In this document: positions 36,894 to 44,955 of the stretch, in pieces
Position numbering within the stretch: the stretch's first letter is position 1
Layout: each line of letters starts with the position of its first letter
Source of the DNA: an uncultured bacterium
GTDB lineage: Bacteria; Patescibacteriota; Patescibacteriia; CAIQCM01
Direction of reading: 5' to 3'
DNA length: 64,000 nt
Assembly: GCA_963708045.1 (NCBI GenBank)
Contig: OY970181.1
Coordinates: 259,740 to 323,739, forward strand
The notes under the pieces: model-generated
Database searches by the model: none
What the model saw: only the letters and a program-made list of their open reading frames with translations
What the model was told of the DNA's origin: nothing
Made by a program: the position numbers and the translations under genes

Positions 36894-38252
36894 ATGAAAA
36901 TCCTCAAGATGGTTAGAAGTACAGGAAGAGAAGTTGGTCTGTCTCTAGGAGCCAACTTTGTCGCCAGACTTCTGGCGGCAGTTATGCCTGATAAGGCAAA
37001 AGATTTGTTGGAAAAGCCGGAAGATCTAATGGGGTTTAAAATCCCGTTTGATCTTGGTGAGTTTGGGACCACGGTTGGTGGAGGTATTGCAGGTTTTACA
37101 ATAGCTGAAATTCTCGGAAGGTTTTTTCCTGGGATACCAATCAACAAGCTAGACGATATCGTGCGTTTTTGCACCTCAGTCGGAGAAGAATTGGATGACA
37201 TTTTTGACATACAAAGACTGCGCGGTTCACAAACTTCAAGTTCATCGCCGCACACTGGTCGCGGCGCGGAAAGGATTCCAATGTATTCTACGTACGCTTC
37301 TCTTGCCAGCGATCCACAACATCTTCTGTTGGTGGATTGCAGCTATTTCTTGGCGGTCACCGCTCCTGTTGAAAAAGTGGTCGGTAGAACCCCAAAAGGT
37401 GATCCGATCAAAAAGTCGGTTGATGTCCCGCTCACGAGGTTCACGAGTTTTACTAACGTCTACGCGGCTGTGAAGGCGGGCGCGACGGCGGCATCACACG
37501 GTGCTGGTTGCACCTGCGCAAGTAGGTTGCAGGCGGACATCGATGCGTTTGAAGCGGCACAGAAAGCGCCAGCCGCAGCTTCGGCGTCAAAACCCGAAGC
37601 AAGGCCGTCATTCGCTGAGCTTGAGTATCAAGTGGTTGGCGAAGCGACGTTGAACAAAGACACTGCCCTGCTTACAGCGATTGCGGAGTTGGCCGTAATG
37701 CTCGGCCTCTTTGACGAAGACGAAAAGCATGGGCTGCGTTACTGCAACAGCAAGGGCGAGTACATCACGCTCGCACGAAATGCGAGCGGGATTACAGCGC
37801 TTGTTGCGGCGGGGAACAAGACAGCGATTGATGCAAAGAAGGCGGAGTTCTCAACCCACTTGCACCACCTACGCAACAACGAAGAGGTTGGAAGGTTGGA
37901 GGGGCTTTTGGGTGCGGCTGCTTCTCTGGCAGCGCCAGTACGAAGAGTAGTAAGGAAAGAGCCTGGACGTATTGCCAAAAGCAACGACGAAGCGCAGAAG
38001 CTTAATGACGTGCTCGCAAGACGCGCGGCAGTAAGCCAATACGCCAAAGGAAAAGGCACGAGCATCACCGCAGTACAGACATGTTTCGTTGAGGCGTATG
38101 GGCAACCTTGCGATCTTGATGACGTTACCGTGGCGATGGTTGATCAAGCCATTGCCGCAAATCCTCAACTGGTAAACAAAAACACAAAGCCACGTGGATG
38201 GTTTGCCCGCGCTCTTAGGCGGGTCGTTCTTCTTCCACTTTGCTTGTTCTAG
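36894..38252 (+). CDS. hypothetical protein (GC-rich, Ala-rich)
   Basis: 452-aa ORF with strong coding-like codon periodicity and a GC content clearly above neighbouring genes. No motif recognised. Confidence 0.45.
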   Translation: MKILKMVRSTGREVGLSLGANFVARLLAAVMPDKAKDLLEKPEDLMGFKIPFDLGEFGTTVGGGIAGFTIAEILGRFFPGIPINKLDDIVRFCTSVGEELDDIFDIQRLRGSQTSSSSPHTGRGAERIPMYSTYASLASDPQHLLLVDCSYFLAVTAPVEKVVGRTPKGDPIKKSVDVPLTRFTSFTNVYAAVKAGATAASHGAGCTCASRLQADIDAFEAAQKAPAAASASKPEARPSFAELEYQVVGEATLNKDTALLTAIAELAVMLGLFDEDEKHGLRYCNSKGEYITLARNASGITALVAAGNKTAIDAKKAEFSTHLHHLRNNEEVGRLEGLLGAAASLAAPVRRVVRKEPGRIAKSNDEAQKLNDVLARRAAVSQYAKGKGTSITAVQTCFVEAYGQPCDLDDVTVAMVDQAIAANPQLVNKNTKPRGWFARALRRVVLLPLCLF

Positions 38253-38267
38253 AGAAAGGGTGACACG

Positions 38268-39788
38268 ATGGACAATCTAGATCTAGATAGAATCATTGCG
38301 TACTTTAAGAACGAAAAAAGTACTATCGCTGACCTGCTGAGGCTTTTCGTTCTGTATATGGGCATCACGCGGCGTAGTAAGTTTTTCGCCGAGCTCAAGG
38401 ATGCAATCAATCGAACAGTGGCCGACCAGAAAGTTCGTGACGCGGCCCATTGGTTGGTAGGCCAATTTAAGTCAACAATGACGCGAATTGGTGTTGGGGT
38501 CGGTATCTTGTTTCTCGGAACGGTCACCGCCTTTGTTGTGGCAACGCTGAGATATATTTCCAAAGGCGATGCCGACAGCTATGTTTTTGGAGAAATCCAA
38601 CCGGCTGGCATCATCCTAATCGCTTCGTTGGTTCCAATGGTCGTTTTGTTCGTGATTCATTGGAGCAAGATTGATATCTTTGGCCAGGGAGCGAGGATCA
38701 TTGAAACGGCTCTGTCGGTAGGCGTTGACAAGCTGGGCGTATTGTTGCCGGAAATGCTGAAGGGTCGGAGTGAGAAGAAAGACGAAAGTGAATCGTGTGA
38801 ATCGTGCCTGACCGCACCGATAGACAGGGCAATGAAGCAGATTGCGGCGGCGGGTTTCTGGGTGTTTGTTTTCTACTACCACTTCGTCATCTTTGGACTG
38901 TACAAAAACCCGGCGGTGTTTCTGCTCACGATTGTGGCCGTTGGGATATTCTTCTGCTATAAGAAGGCGTTTCAACCAGATACGACTTTTTGGCGGAAGT
39001 TTATGCTGGTTTCGGTCATTGAAATGACCTTGGTGACAATCGTCTTTGTGGGTCGTGCGCCGATCAAGCATTACGGAAGAATGATGTTTCCGGAGGTAGC
39101 GGCTTGGCTTGACGAGCGAGAACTTAAAAAGAAGATCGCCGACGCGATCGGGCCGGATATTGAGAAAGTGGTTCTAGACAAAGTTATGGAGGCGAAAAAA
39201 GAGATTCCGGTGTTGGGCAAAGAGATGCGTGAGCTGGAGAACAAAGCCAACCCTACAGCTGACGATCGAAACAGAATCGCCTACATAAACAGCCAATTGG
39301 GCTGGATAAAGAAAGGGGCAATAGAGGCTCGGCCATTACCGGCATTGCCTCCACCACCACCTCCGCCTCCACCAGTCCCGACCTGTTCGGACAATATAGA
39401 CAACAACGGCAATCGTTACATTGACAAGGACGATATTGGCTGTTGGGCGATTGATCCTACTTGCGTGAGTGTTGATAGCGCTTGCGTTGGTAGGTGTGGA
39501 GCCGACGACAAAGCTTGTCGTCGGAAGTGCGTGAAGACGGATGCGGATTGCCGCAACCGGTTCGCGTCACTAGATGGCGGAAAAGTACAAAGCAAGTACT
39601 ACCGCTATCATCCGGAGTGGGACGAGGTCGCCCCGCCGGTGGTGGTGAAGGATGAGAAGAAAGACGAGAAGGAGGATAGAAAACCTACTACGGCAAACAA
39701 GCCAGAAAGTGGTACTGAAAAAACCGACGATGATGACGGCGAAGCTGCAGCCGCCATGGCCGCTCTCAAGGTTTTGAGGGGGGAGTAA
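38268..39788 (+). CDS. hypothetical polytopic membrane protein with PPPPPPPPP linker and Cys-rich C-terminal domain
   Basis: 506 aa with 5-6 TM helices in the first 270 aa, then ALPPPPPPPPPVPTCSDNIDNNGNRYIDKDDIGCWAIDPTCVSVDSACVGRCGADDKACRRKCVKTDADC and an acidic tail. Confidence 0.45.
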   Translation: MDNLDLDRIIAYFKNEKSTIADLLRLFVLYMGITRRSKFFAELKDAINRTVADQKVRDAAHWLVGQFKSTMTRIGVGVGILFLGTVTAFVVATLRYISKGDADSYVFGEIQPAGIILIASLVPMVVLFVIHWSKIDIFGQGARIIETALSVGVDKLGVLLPEMLKGRSEKKDESESCESCLTAPIDRAMKQIAAAGFWVFVFYYHFVIFGLYKNPAVFLLTIVAVGIFFCYKKAFQPDTTFWRKFMLVSVIEMTLVTIVFVGRAPIKHYGRMMFPEVAAWLDERELKKKIADAIGPDIEKVVLDKVMEAKKEIPVLGKEMRELENKANPTADDRNRIAYINSQLGWIKKGAIEARPLPALPPPPPPPPPVPTCSDNIDNNGNRYIDKDDIGCWAIDPTCVSVDSACVGRCGADDKACRRKCVKTDADCRNRFASLDGGKVQSKYYRYHPEWDEVAPPVVVKDEKKDEKEDRKPTTANKPESGTEKTDDDDGEAAAAMAALKVLRGE

Positions 39789-39852
39789 GAGCAGTACGTT
39801 TCGTAAGACCGGTGACTTCCTTCGTGGGAGTTGCCGGTTTTTTAATTCTCCG

Positions 39853-39957
39853 TCATTGCGAGGAGTGAGCCGAGGCGAACGACGCGGCAATCTCCACGGA
39901 GTATCGCCATGGTTGCTGACCAAGAGGGAGATTGCCGCGCTACCGCTCGCAATGACG
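39853..39957. other. nested inverted repeats forming a ~105-nt extended stem (possible structured RNA / complex terminator)
   Basis: cgtcattgcgagg (39853-39865) pairs with cctcgcaatgacg (~39944-39957). cgcggcaatctcc (39887-39899) pairs with ggagattgccgcg (39924-39936). Confidence 0.5.
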
Positions 39958-40145
39958 AGGGTTGATGAAGTTGTCGTTAACGCACGCAAACCATTGACAA
40001 AATCGTGTTTTTGTGATAGATTACCCTGTTATCGTGGGGGAGAGTGTAGTTTGAAAATTTAATAGATTTAGTCATTTTTTGTCCAGCTTGGCTGGATTTT
40101 AGTCCCGCCACGGCGGGATGTGCAGATTTTTCCGGAGGAAAGACA

Positions 40146-40967
40146 ATGAAGAACGTACACGGATTCACAATGGTTTTGGTTCTGATTTCTTTGGTTGGTT
40201 GTGCCCCGTTGCAATACGGGACATTTCAAGGTCATGCTTCGGGTGTGATCTATGACGACGTTGATGTCGTGGTTCAAGGGCCAAATGGTCCGCAACAGGT
40301 CACACAAAGCCGGCCAGTGATTGAAGCAAGTGTTTTTGGCCCGTCCTCAATGGAACAGGCAGGAACGTTTGCTGATCATGCTGGCAACTACAATATGAAG
40401 CGCGAGGTTGCAAAGACATACAGGCGCATGGGGCAACAAAGCATGAACACGGCGCCGGGCTCTCAGAAAGCCAATGAGGCGCTACGAGTTGCTGAGAGAA
40501 CAAGCAAGGCACTTGAGATTTTTCTGGAAGGAAAAACCAAAGGCAAAAAGGGCAAGAAGGTTGCTTCGTCTGATGTAGTGATTCCGACAACTGATTCAAA
40601 ACCAGTCGCGGCAACGTCACAACCCGAAGTAAAAACACCGCCCGCGCCAGCGCCTCAAGCGTCGGCTCAGGCAAGCTCGCCGCAGGCGACGGTTCCAGCT
40701 GGAACAATCGTTCCTGATTCTGCTTTGGTCGGGGATGATTTCTTTCTTCAATTCAAAGCGGGCGTGATGAACGCCCAAGACAAAGACCAACTCCTCGCGG
40801 TTTTTAACAAAGCCGCCGAGTATGCGGTAAACGACCAAGCAAAAGAAAAGGTCTTTGGGACACAGGCCGCAGAGATCAAGAAAATGACGGCCGAGGAATT
40901 TCCCTTGGCCAAGGATCAGATCGTGAGGGAGGTTGATTCCTTCCGTCCGTTCCTGAAGAAGAAGTAG
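40146..40967 (+). CDS. lipoprotein, hypothetical
   Basis: Lipobox LISLVGC after a signal peptide. Pro/Ala/Gln-rich linker. 273 aa. Confidence 0.5.
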   Translation: MKNVHGFTMVLVLISLVGCAPLQYGTFQGHASGVIYDDVDVVVQGPNGPQQVTQSRPVIEASVFGPSSMEQAGTFADHAGNYNMKREVAKTYRRMGQQSMNTAPGSQKANEALRVAERTSKALEIFLEGKTKGKKGKKVASSDVVIPTTDSKPVAATSQPEVKTPPAPAPQASAQASSPQATVPAGTIVPDSALVGDDFFLQFKAGVMNAQDKDQLLAVFNKAAEYAVNDQAKEKVFGTQAAEIKKMTAEEFPLAKDQIVREVDSFRPFLKKK

Positions 40968-40974
40968 TGTTCGC

Positions 40975-41012
40975 ACAACCGCACTTCGGTCGTTCGCGAC
41001 CGAAGTGCTTTC
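40975..41012 (+). terminator. intrinsic terminator
   Basis: gcacttcggtcg-ttcgcga-ccgaagtgc followed by a T-rich tract. Confidence 0.55.
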
Positions 41013-41027
41013 ATCAAGGAGATTCTC

Positions 41028-41645
41028 ATGAGACTATTTGTTGTATTGGCAATGTTGCTTTCGGCTTGCGCACAAGTTCAAACGCGTCCGCGGGTTTCGT
41101 TGCAACAAAAAAAGGTGCAATACGAACCATACGGAACACCTAGTGGTTCTAACCAGAGAGAGCTCTGTCCGATGGCTGATCCGGCGAGTCTTCCCGAAGG
41201 GAAGATCTATGGTTCATTCACACCGTTTGTTGGTGGCTTCGTCACGTACGTGAAGAACAATACCAACTTTTGGTTCTCGCGAATCAGAGTCAATGGACAG
41301 GAGCTTGTGCTCTACGACGCTTGCCGTCCGGAGCCCGAGGTTGGACTTGGACCAAACAAAGAAGTCTACTTCAGTTATTGTCCATGTGGCAGAAATCCGA
41401 GAACAGGACGTTGTATGGCGGTTCTGGATGGCGATAGTGTCAACGATATCTGCAGGATCAAGGTTGAGGTAGACTATGTGCCATACCGGAAAGATCTATA
41501 TTCTGGTGAGTACTACGAACCCGACCCTGATTTTACTCCAAGCCACGGATGTGTGGGGCAAAGAGTAAATCCGAATACGACCAGCGCTGAGGCAAATATG
41601 GTCGTCGTCTCGAGTCAGCACCTAAACAGAAAAAGCTGTCACTAG
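41028..41645 (+). CDS. lipoprotein, Cys-rich, hypothetical
   Basis: Lipobox MLLSAC. 205 aa with 8+ Cys in the mature part. Confidence 0.5.
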   Translation: MRLFVVLAMLLSACAQVQTRPRVSLQQKKVQYEPYGTPSGSNQRELCPMADPASLPEGKIYGSFTPFVGGFVTYVKNNTNFWFSRIRVNGQELVLYDACRPEPEVGLGPNKEVYFSYCPCGRNPRTGRCMAVLDGDSVNDICRIKVEVDYVPYRKDLYSGEYYEPDPDFTPSHGCVGQRVNPNTTSAEANMVVVSSQHLNRKSCH

Positions 41646-41656
41646 GGTGCATTGAT

Positions 41657-41708
41657 TCAAAAAAGCTCGTGTGCAAAAGGGTTTCGCCCAACGCACACGA
41701 GCTTTTCA
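41657..41708. terminator. bidirectional intrinsic terminator
   Basis: aaaaagctcgtgtgc...gcacacgagctttt, between the convergent lipoprotein gene and the pilin array. Confidence 0.65.
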
Positions 41709-41717
41709 ATTTAAAAA

Positions 41718-42116
41718 TTATTTTGCCGTTTCGGGTGTGCCGATAATGATGCTAATCACATAACGACTGATCACAAAGGCAAGGAGGATTATGATTAGGC
41801 CGATGACGCAATTTCTTATAGTTTTTTTTGCTTCTTCAATTTTGTCGGAATTATCGCCGGCCGTCATCCACGTAAAGCCAGCATAAATCGTAAGTGTAAG
41901 AAGGGCAACGCCAACCAATCCAAGTGCGCCGTTAATAATCCTACCAGCAATTATCCGCGGATCGTTTTGGCTTTGACCAAAACCGCCTTTATCTCCAAGT
42001 TCTTCTAGTCTTAGAATGGCGGTTTGAGCGTGAACGACAAACGGAAAAACCAAACAACTAATTGTCGCTAAAATTTTATTTAGTGATCGTATTTTTAAAG
42101 ACGGCAGTAAGGACAT
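41718..42116 (-). CDS. VirB2/TrbC-like 'T4SS pilin' family small membrane protein, paralog 1 (last in operon)
   Basis: Signal peptide, variable hydrophilic segment, then the shared core INGALGLVGVALLTLTIYAGFTWMTAGDNSDKIEEAKKTIRNCVIGLIIILLAFVI (two hydrophobic helices around a charged loop). Confidence 0.6.
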   Translation of the reverse strand: MSLLPSLKIRSLNKILATISCLVFPFVVHAQTAILRLEELGDKGGFGQSQNDPRIIAGRIINGALGLVGVALLTLTIYAGFTWMTAGDNSDKIEEAKKTIRNCVIGLIIILLAFVISRYVISIIIGTPETAK

Positions 42117-42438
42117 AATGAGAAATGGCGTACGAGGCCACGACAATTATTAAACCGATGATTGAATTTTTAATCGTTTCTTTAGCCGTGTCAACTTTGT
42201 CTTCGTTGCCGCGGGCAATTAGCCACATATAACCACCGTAAAGCATAAGAACAAGGAAAATAACACCTAAGAGTCCAAGGAAGCCAGTGATTACTCGCGA
42301 GAGGATAGTTTCAATTGGCGCATTAGAATATCCGCCATTTTTTTGGGCAGTATTTGTCAAAAGTTCACTGCCAAAATCTTGCGCTCGCGCAATAAATGGT
42401 AAGAAAAAAGCTGGAATAGCAAGAATAATTTTTTTCAT
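42076..42438 (-). CDS. T4SS-pilin-like paralog 2
   Basis: Start MKKIILAIPAFFLPFIARA at 42438. Core ITGFLGLLGVIFLVLMLYGGYMWLIARGNEDKVDTAKETIKNSIIGLIIVVASYAI. Confidence 0.6.
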   Translation of the reverse strand: MKKIILAIPAFFLPFIARAQDFGSELLTNTAQKNGGYSNAPIETILSRVITGFLGLLGVIFLVLMLYGGYMWLIARGNEDKVDTAKETIKNSIIGLIIVVASYAISHYVLTAVFKNTITK

Positions 42439-42448
42439 AACAATAAGT

Positions 42449-42931
42449 TTAAAGTTGGGTTGGTGGCACCGCGTGGCACTGTCCGTCGGTACCACAGTAA
42501 TCGGTGCCGGTGCAGGCTGGGTTGCACGAACCGCTGCCGCCAGTAGGCGTTCCTTGGTTGGAAAGCACCTGGAACACCACATAATTAGTTATGGCATAAG
42601 CAAGGGCGACAATCACAATGCCAATTACCGCCGCCTTCATTGTGTTTAATGATTTTTCAACCTTTTCGGTGTTGCCGCGGGCAATCATCCAAATATATCC
42701 GGCGTAGATGAGCAAAACAAGAAAAATAATACCAGTTAACCCAAGTGCGCCTTTAATTACTTCGCCAACAATACTTGAAAGCGATGAACTTTTTGTATTA
42801 ATGCCGGCAACGGCGCCGGTTTTTGACAAGCCATATTTATCAGCAAAGGTAACGTGCGGCGCCAAAAATACAAGGCCAACACCAATGGCGATAATCGCGA
42901 AAACAATAACGATGTATTTTTTATTTTTCAT
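42449..42931 (-). CDS. T4SS-pilin-like paralog 3 with Cys-rich C-terminal tail
   Basis: Start MKNKKYIVIVFAIIAIG at 42931. Core IKGALGLTGIIFLVLLIYAGYIWMIARGNTEKVEKSLNTMKAAVIGIVIVALAYAI. Tail ...GSGSCNPACTGTDYCGTDGQCH. Confidence 0.6.
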   Translation of the reverse strand: MKNKKYIVIVFAIIAIGVGLVFLAPHVTFADKYGLSKTGAVAGINTKSSSLSSIVGEVIKGALGLTGIIFLVLLIYAGYIWMIARGNTEKVEKSLNTMKAAVIGIVIVALAYAITNYVVFQVLSNQGTPTGGSGSCNPACTGTDYCGTDGQCHAVPPTQL

Positions 42932-42947
42932 TGCAACGCAATTGATT

Positions 42948-43355
42948 CTATGGCGATGACGCTGGCGGTGTTGAGGCTGGATTTTTTGTGAGAACTTGAT
43001 TAATGACAAAGTCGGTAATCGCATAAGCCAAAGCGACAATGATGATACCAATGATTGCCGCCTTGATCGTATCTAGCGAATGTTCAACCTTGCTCTCGTC
43101 GCCGCGGGCAATCATCCACAAATAGCCGGAGTAGATCATTAAAATTAGGAAAATAACGCCGACCAAACCAAGGGCGCCTCTTATGACGGTACCGATAATT
43201 TGTTCAACGCTGGTGTTGCCTTTGTTAAGCTCGGCAGTTCCGGCGGTTTCTTCTATGCCGTATTGGGCGAGCGCTGTGCTCGGCGCGGCAAATAAAAGAC
43301 CGGCACCGATCGCAAAAATCGCCAAAAATATCGCAAAGTATTTTTTGTTTTTCAT
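42948..43355 (-). CDS. T4SS-pilin-like paralog 4
   Basis: Start MKNKKYFAIFLAIFAIG. Core IRGALGLVGVIFLILMIYSGYLWMIARGDESKVEHSLDTIKAAIIGIIIVALAYAI. Confidence 0.6.
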   Translation of the reverse strand: MKNKKYFAIFLAIFAIGAGLLFAAPSTALAQYGIEETAGTAELNKGNTSVEQIIGTVIRGALGLVGVIFLILMIYSGYLWMIARGDESKVEHSLDTIKAAIIGIIIVALAYAITDFVINQVLTKNPASTPPASSP

Positions 43356-43451
43356 AATCATAATGGGGTGGAGAACGATAATGATCTAGCTAAGGTCAGT
43401 ATCGTCCTGCACCCCATTTTTTGGTGCAGGAGCAGGTCTCGAGACTTGCGA

Positions 43452-43820
43452 TTATCCGCTGGTTGTAGCGCCAACCAAAGAATTGATAACGAATTGAGCG
43501 ATGGCGTAGGAACAGAGGATGATAACGAGGCCAATAACGCCTCCGTAGATCCACTTTTTGGCTTCGCCAACTTTTTCTTCGTTGCCTCCGGCCGTCATCC
43601 AAAGGAAACCACCGTAAAGGATGATAACGAGGACGATGACGCCGATAAACGACAAGGCGACGTTGATGATTTTACCAATCGTCGTTCTGAGTTCTTGCGT
43701 TCCCAAGCTGGTGCCCGTGACGTTATTAAGTCCAAGGTTAAGCTGGGCGTTAGCGGCAAAAGGAAGGACGACCGCGCTAATTGCGGCGCCGATTCCGGCT
43801 ATTTTTTTGAGTGCTTTCAT
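43452..43820 (-). CDS. T4SS-pilin-like paralog 5
   Basis: Core IINVALSFIGVIVLVIILYGGFLWMTAGGNEEKVGEAKKWIYGGVIGLVIILCSYAI. Confidence 0.6.
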   Translation of the reverse strand: MKALKKIAGIGAAISAVVLPFAANAQLNLGLNNVTGTSLGTQELRTTIGKIINVALSFIGVIVLVIILYGGFLWMTAGGNEEKVGEAKKWIYGGVIGLVIILCSYAIAQFVINSLVGATTSG

Positions 43821-43886
43821 TTCATAACACCCCCTTTCATTTGCGGGTACGGCTTTGGTCGCGAAAAACGGCCAAACCCCTACCCG

Positions 43887-44426
43887 TTATTTGGTCGGCG
43901 CAATCGCCGAGAAAATATAGGTTGTAAGCGCGTAAGCGCCAAAGATAAGAACAAGACCAAGGATTGACCAGATAAGCGTTTTTTTGCCGGTTTCTACGCG
44001 CGTTTCATTGCCCATTGAAGTTAACCACAAAAATCCGCCCCAAACTGCCATAAGCAAGGCAATTGAACCGACAATACCCATCGCCGTTTTGATAACGCTT
44101 CCGAGAACATGTTGAATACATTGCTGACCAGTTTCATTGGCCGCGCAAATTTTTGTGCCAATGGGATTGGTTAGGGTGGTTGATCCTCCGGGGGTGGTTC
44201 CTGGACCGCCAGAAGATGGAGTGGTGCCGTTCACGTCGCAAGTTCCACCAGGCACGGAAACGGACGGGCAGATCGCTGTATTGGTACAAATTGGGTCGGC
44301 AACAGTGCTACAAGGCGTTGCTGTAGCCACACCACCACACATACAAACGCCGGCATTGGCCGCAATTGGAACAAAAAAAGCGCTAACAATGAAAGTTAAG
44401 AAAATTAAAGAAAAAAACCGTTTCAT
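43887..44426 (-). CDS. T4SS-pilin-like paralog 6 with Cys-rich N-terminal head
   Basis: Head GVCMCGGVATATPCSTVADPICTNTAICPSVSVPGGTCDVNG. Core IKTAMGIVGSIALLMAVWGGFLWLTSMGNETRVETGKKTLIWSILGLVLIFGAYAL. Confidence 0.6.
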   Translation of the reverse strand: MKRFFSLIFLTFIVSAFFVPIAANAGVCMCGGVATATPCSTVADPICTNTAICPSVSVPGGTCDVNGTTPSSGGPGTTPGGSTTLTNPIGTKICAANETGQQCIQHVLGSVIKTAMGIVGSIALLMAVWGGFLWLTSMGNETRVETGKKTLIWSILGLVLIFGAYALTTYIFSAIAPTK

Positions 44427-44428
44427 AA

Positions 44429-44854
44429 TTATTTAGAACTAAAAGGGGTTTTAAAATAAGCAGCAATGTCGGTAATGCCAAAAGCCGCAAGTAGAAAGCC
44501 GATAAGCGTGTAAGCCCCAAAGACTATTATAAGCCCAATAAGCGACGAAGACAAAACTTTCTTGCCTTGTTCCACGCGAGTACTGTTTCCAGCCGAAATA
44601 AGCCACAAAAATCCGCCATAAACAAACATAATAAGAATTATTGAACCAGACAGTCCTAAAATAATTTTGGTTACATTTACGCCAACGATCAAAAAATCAA
44701 CAAGTTGGCAGGTTCCCTCGCTCGCGCATTTGTCAGAAATGCCAGTGAGTAATCCTCCTGGCGCGGCGGCTAAAGCTGAATTGGGATAAAAAAACGCCGT
44801 AACCGGAACGGCTAGAAAAATATGGCGTAAGATCCAAGCGAATCTTTTGTGCAT
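44429..44854 (-). CDS. T4SS-pilin-like paralog 7 (first in operon)
   Basis: Core ILGLSGSIILIMFVYGGFLWLISAGNSTRVEQGKKVLSSSLIGLIIVFGAYTL. Confidence 0.6.
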   Translation of the reverse strand: MHKRFAWILRHIFLAVPVTAFFYPNSALAAAPGGLLTGISDKCASEGTCQLVDFLIVGVNVTKIILGLSGSIILIMFVYGGFLWLISAGNSTRVEQGKKVLSSSLIGLIIVFGAYTLIGFLLAAFGITDIAAYFKTPFSSK

Positions 44855-44869
44855 ATGTTTTTACATTAT

Positions 44870-44952
44870 ACACTAAATACCTAATATCTAATACCTAATA
44901 TCTAATCCGAAAAAAGTTCCGATAAACGGAACTTTTTTATGCTAACCCCTAA
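44870..44952. repeat. Family-A repeat fragment (ctaatatctaatacctaatatctaatccg) plus Family-C fragment (ctaacccctaaaccctat)
   Basis: Direct motif identity with the other copies. Sits in the putative promoter region of the pilin array. Confidence 0.6.
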
Positions 44953-44955
44953 ACC

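Noticed and set aside
37195-37473. Small internal ORFs within the 36894..38252 gene (and 37711..37950, 37739..38068, 37869..38168)
   Set aside because: They are nested in alternative frames of a long GC-rich ORF. High GC inflates spurious ORF length.
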